From a plasmid: a DNA stretch of 39,782 nt. The stretch is from sequence record NZ_CP071287.1; one strand, 5' to 3'. The notes beneath the pieces were generated by a model that was not told where the DNA came from, did not search any database, and was given only the letters and a program-made list of their open reading frames with translations. Of this stretch, positions 37,360 to 39,782 are shown in pieces (within the stretch, counting starts at the first letter, position 1; each line of letters opens with the position of its first letter). The position numbers and the translations under genes were made by a program.

Positions 37360-37575
37360 TTAAAGTTTATCAGGTAAATATTTCCGTATATATTCTTCTA
37401 AGGCTTGATCCATAACTTCTTTTACGTTTCCGCCATTTTTTGCTGTTTCAATTTTTATAATATGGTGTAAGTCAGCACGAACACGAACCGTCTTATCTCC
37501 CATTATATCTTTTTTTGCACTGATTGGTGTATCATTTCGTTTTGCTTTTTGTGCGCCTAAATTTCCCACAATCAC
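37360..37575 (-). CDS. omega: omega global repressor (RHH), 71 aa
   Basis: MIVGNLGAQKAKRNDTPISAKKDIMGDKTVRVRADLHHIIKIETAKNGGNVKEVMDQALEEYIRKYLPDKL. Confidence 0.95.
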   Translation of the reverse strand: MIVGNLGAQKAKRNDTPISAKKDIMGDKTVRVRADLHHIIKIETAKNGGNVKEVMDQALEEYIRKYLPDKL

Positions 37576-37615
37576 TCACTTCTTTCTATTTCTTCTTATT
37601 CTTATTTTATCATCA

Positions 37616-37667
37616 ACAATCACAAATCACAAGTGATTTGTGATTAATCACTTGTGATTTGTGATTC
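37616..37667. promoter_or_regulatory. heptad WATCACW repeats (omega operator, P-omega)
   Basis: caatcacaaatcacaagtgatttgtgattaatcacttgtgatttgtgatt. Confidence 0.85.
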
Positions 37668-38563
37668 TATTCTTTTTCGTTTTCTAATTGAATAATTCGC
37701 TCAAGCATTTCAAAAAATACGTTCTCATACATGGATAAAACTTTTTTGTCATAGCCTTTGTGTTCTGTAATTCCATTTTTAGACCAGGTACTTACTTTAT
37801 TACTTCGCTTGATAATATTTTGGAAAACCAAGTTATCTTCTTTATGTTGCTTGTACAGTTCTTCCAGGTTTGATTTTATCGTTGCGCTGTCCGTATCAAC
37901 TAAATAAGGAACAAAACCGATCATATCTAGTCCAGGGTTAAATTGTTCTTGTAAATCAATCAAATAGGAAATATAGTTTTGAATGTTGTTTGTACTTTCT
38001 TCTTCTGCTTGTAAAGGGATCATAACGTAATCACTCGCCACGATTGCATTATTTGTATAAACGCTTGGCGTTGGTACAGTATCAATAATAATGAGATCAT
38101 AGTCACTTTTTAAAGGTGCTAAAAGAGTAGCAAGCAATCTACTTTCATTTTCAAAAGTCCATGAGCGAGTTAATTTTGGCAGTAACATCAAATCAAACGT
38201 GCCAGGGATCAAGTCTAAATTATCAGTCAAATGAACAATAGAAGAAGCCAAGTTTCCATTTTTCAAGCCTTCATAAAAATTGACACGTGGCAATTCTACC
38301 TCAAAAGTTTTTGCTAAGTCTTTTGTCAATGTTGCCTGTAAGTCCTTATCGATCATTAAAACTTTTAAATTCAATTTGTCTGTCAAGTAAGCAAACATAG
38401 TCGATAATTTGGACTTTCCAACACCACCTTTAAAGTAATTATTCAAGATAATAATTGCTTCATTTTTATTGTTTAAAATACGTCTTAATTCTTCAAGTAT
38501 TTTTAGTTTTTCCTTCTCCATAACTACGCCCCATTCTTTTTTTGTATAGTAATATTGTATCAT
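37667..38563 (-). CDS. delta: delta, the Inc18 ParA-type partition ATPase, 298 aa
   Basis: Walker A motif KGGVGKS. Full-length similarity to Inc18 delta. Confidence 0.9.
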   Translation of the reverse strand: MIQYYYTKKEWGVVMEKEKLKILEELRRILNNKNEAIIILNNYFKGGVGKSKLSTMFAYLTDKLNLKVLMIDKDLQATLTKDLAKTFEVELPRVNFYEGLKNGNLASSIVHLTDNLDLIPGTFDLMLLPKLTRSWTFENESRLLATLLAPLKSDYDLIIIDTVPTPSVYTNNAIVASDYVMIPLQAEEESTNNIQNYISYLIDLQEQFNPGLDMIGFVPYLVDTDSATIKSNLEELYKQHKEDNLVFQNIIKRSNKVSTWSKNGITEHKGYDKKVLSMYENVFFEMLERIIQLENEKE

Positions 38564-38566
38564 TAA

Positions 38567-38630
38567 GAATCACAAATCACAAGTGATTTGTGATTAATCA
38601 CTTGTGATTTGTGATAAGTGATTTGTGATT
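38567..38630. promoter_or_regulatory. heptad repeats upstream of delta (P-delta operator)
   Basis: gaatcacaaatcacaagtgatttgtgattaatcacttgtgatttgtgataagtgatttgtgatt. Confidence 0.85.
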
Positions 38631-38662
38631 AATATATAAAAGCCCTCTTTAAAGGGCTTTTA

Positions 38663-38925
38663 TATTTATTTTGAAAAAGAGATAAAATCAATATATCCCT
38701 TTTCCCCAATTTTTACAACGGCATTGTAGGGCTTTTTCTCTTTGTTTTTGATTCCTTTTACCAGGGTTTCTTTTCCCTCCAGTAATTCTTTTACATTCGT
38801 TTTGGTTAGTTTTTTCTTTCTAAAATGTTCAGCTAAAGTAAACTTACATTCAGGATAATTTGAACAACCATAAAACGATTTTTTTAATACAATATTGTTG
38901 CCACACTTAGGACATTTTCCTACAA
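38663..38925 (-). pseudogene. duplicate of the topB 3' end (last about 87 codons, zinc-ribbon region); duplicates 667..about 928
   Basis: Near-identical to 667..928 together with the upstream terminator (38638..38661). It breaks abruptly at 38925/38926. Confidence 0.85.
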
Positions 38926-38995
38926 GGGGTCCCGAGCGCTTAGTGGGAATTTGTACCCCTTATCGATACAAATTCCCCGTAGGCGCTAGGGACCT
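38926..38995. mobile_element. Tn917/Tn3-family terminal inverted-repeat remnants (GGGGTCCCGAGCGC…), two back-to-back copies, at the junction between the topB fragment and erm(B)
   Basis: ggggtcccgagcgcttagtgggaatttgtacccc, and the reverse complement of ggtccctagcgcctacggggaatttgtatcgataa. Confidence 0.7.
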
Positions 38996-39095
38996 CTTTA
39001 GCTCCTTGGAAGCTGTCAGTAGTATACCTAATAATTTATCTCCATTCCCTTTAGTAACGTGTAACTTTCCAAATTTACAAAAGCGACTCATAGAA

Positions 39096-39782
39096 TTATT
39101 TCCTCCCGTTAAATAATAGATAACTATTAAAAATAGACAATACTTGCTCATAAGTAACGGTACTTAAATTGTTTACTTTGGCGTGTTTCATTGCTTGATG
39201 AAACTGATTTTTAGTAAACAGTTGACGATATTCTCGATTGACCCATTTTGAAACAAAGTACGTATATAGCTTCCAATATTTATCTGGAACATCTGTGGTA
39301 TGGCGGGTAAGTTTTATTAAGACACTGTTTACTTTTGGTTTAGGATGAAAGCATTCCGCTGGCAGCTTAAGCAATTGCTGAATCGAGACTTGAGTGTGCA
39401 AGAGCAACCCTAGTGTTCGGTGAATATCCAAGGTACGCTTGTAGAATCCTTCTTCAACAATCAGATAGATGTCAGACGCATGGCTTTCAAAAACCACTTT
39501 TTTAATAATTTGTGTGCTTAAATGGTAAGGAATATTCCCAACAATTTTATACCTCTGTTTGTTAGGGAATTGAAACTGTAGAATATCTTGGTGAATTAAA
39601 GTGACACGAATGTTCAGTTTTAATTTTTCTGACGATAAGTTGAATAGATGACTGTCTAATTCAATAGACGTTACCTGTTTACTTATTTTAGCCAGTTTCG
39701 TCGTTAAATGCCCTTTACCTGTTCCAATTTCGTAAACGGTATCGGTTTCTTTTAAATTCAATTGTTTTATTATTTGGTTGAG
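39096..39782 (-). CDS. ermB: erm(B) rRNA adenine N6-methyltransferase, codons 18-245 (…[27 protein letters not shown]…LLFNGRK*); the N-terminus is at 1..51
   Basis: Full ErmB sequence. SAM-binding motif [10 protein letters not shown]. Confidence 0.95.
   Translation of the reverse strand, partial: LNQIIKQLNLKETDTVYEIGTGKGHLTTKLAKISKQVTSIELDSHLFNLSSEKLKLNIRVTLIHQDILQFQFPNKQRYKIVGNIPYHLSTQIIKKVVFESHASDIYLIVEEGFYKRTLDIHRTLGLLLHTQVSIQQLLKLPAECFHPKPKVNSVLIKLTRHTTDVPDKYWKLYTYFVSKWVNREYRQLFTKNQFHQAMKHAKVNNLSTVTYEQVLSIFNSYLLFNGRK

Noticed and set aside
38895-39151. ORFs 38895..39116 (+) and 38960..39151 (-) between the Tn917 IR remnant and the erm(B) stop
   Set aside because: They lie in the erm(B) 3' flank and the IR remnant. 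They have no RBS and no conservation argument, and are likely spurious.

Overview
The window is a complete circular plasmid of 39,782 bp, not a linear fragment. The erm(B) reading frame runs off the right edge (39096..39782, minus strand) and resumes at 1..51 (MNKNIKYSQNFLTSEKV), with the erm(B) leader peptide at 176..259.

The molecule is a low-GC mosaic.

1. A lactococcal-type theta replicon: Rep_3-family RepB at 11078..12232 with 3.5 tandem 22-bp iterons and an AT-rich region directly upstream.
2. A MOBQ-type mobilisation module: MobA/MobL relaxase at 7083..9125 and an R1162-like oriT (inverted repeat followed by GTAAGTGCG|C at about 9199..9237). The adjacent leading region carries ssb, a Toprim primase-like gene, a ParA/RHH partition pair and an intact serine resolvase. 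No type IV secretion genes are present, so the plasmid is mobilisable rather than self-transmissible.
3. A complete Lactococcus lactis-type lactose operon, lacABCDFEGX (18636..26305) with divergent lacR (26793..27560), followed by an ISS1-like element.
4. Inc18 (pSM19035/pIP501/pAMbeta1) modules: the omega-epsilon-zeta toxin-antitoxin with heptad operators, delta ParA, topoisomerase III, an IS-truncated beta-type resolvase, erm(B) with Tn917-type IR remnants, a chimeric omega copy and a duplicated topB 3' end.
5. Accessory resistance genes between IS6-family elements: a 418-aa Mef/DHA3-like MFS efflux gene (possibly mdt(A)-type), a pC194/pC221-type cat with its classical leader attenuator, dfrG, and a CopB-type copper ATPase behind a TACAnnTGTA cop box.

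Mobile elements: three IS1216 copies (809 bp, direct orientation), one ISS1-like copy, a 3' IS6 remnant, and an IS3-family element with an A AAA AAG frameshift site and a triplicated 43-bp subterminal repeat.

The least explained content is a pair of diverged paralogous genes of about 105 aa (10283..10600 and 35448..35813). Each sits behind a conserved, roughly 230-nt structured leader: a hairpin whose stem covaries between the two copies while its loop is sequence-conserved, plus a 12-13-codon upstream ORF. A roughly 95-codon open frame with no canonical start follows the first copy. I could not assign this family or its leader to a known function and regard it as a candidate undescribed plasmid system.
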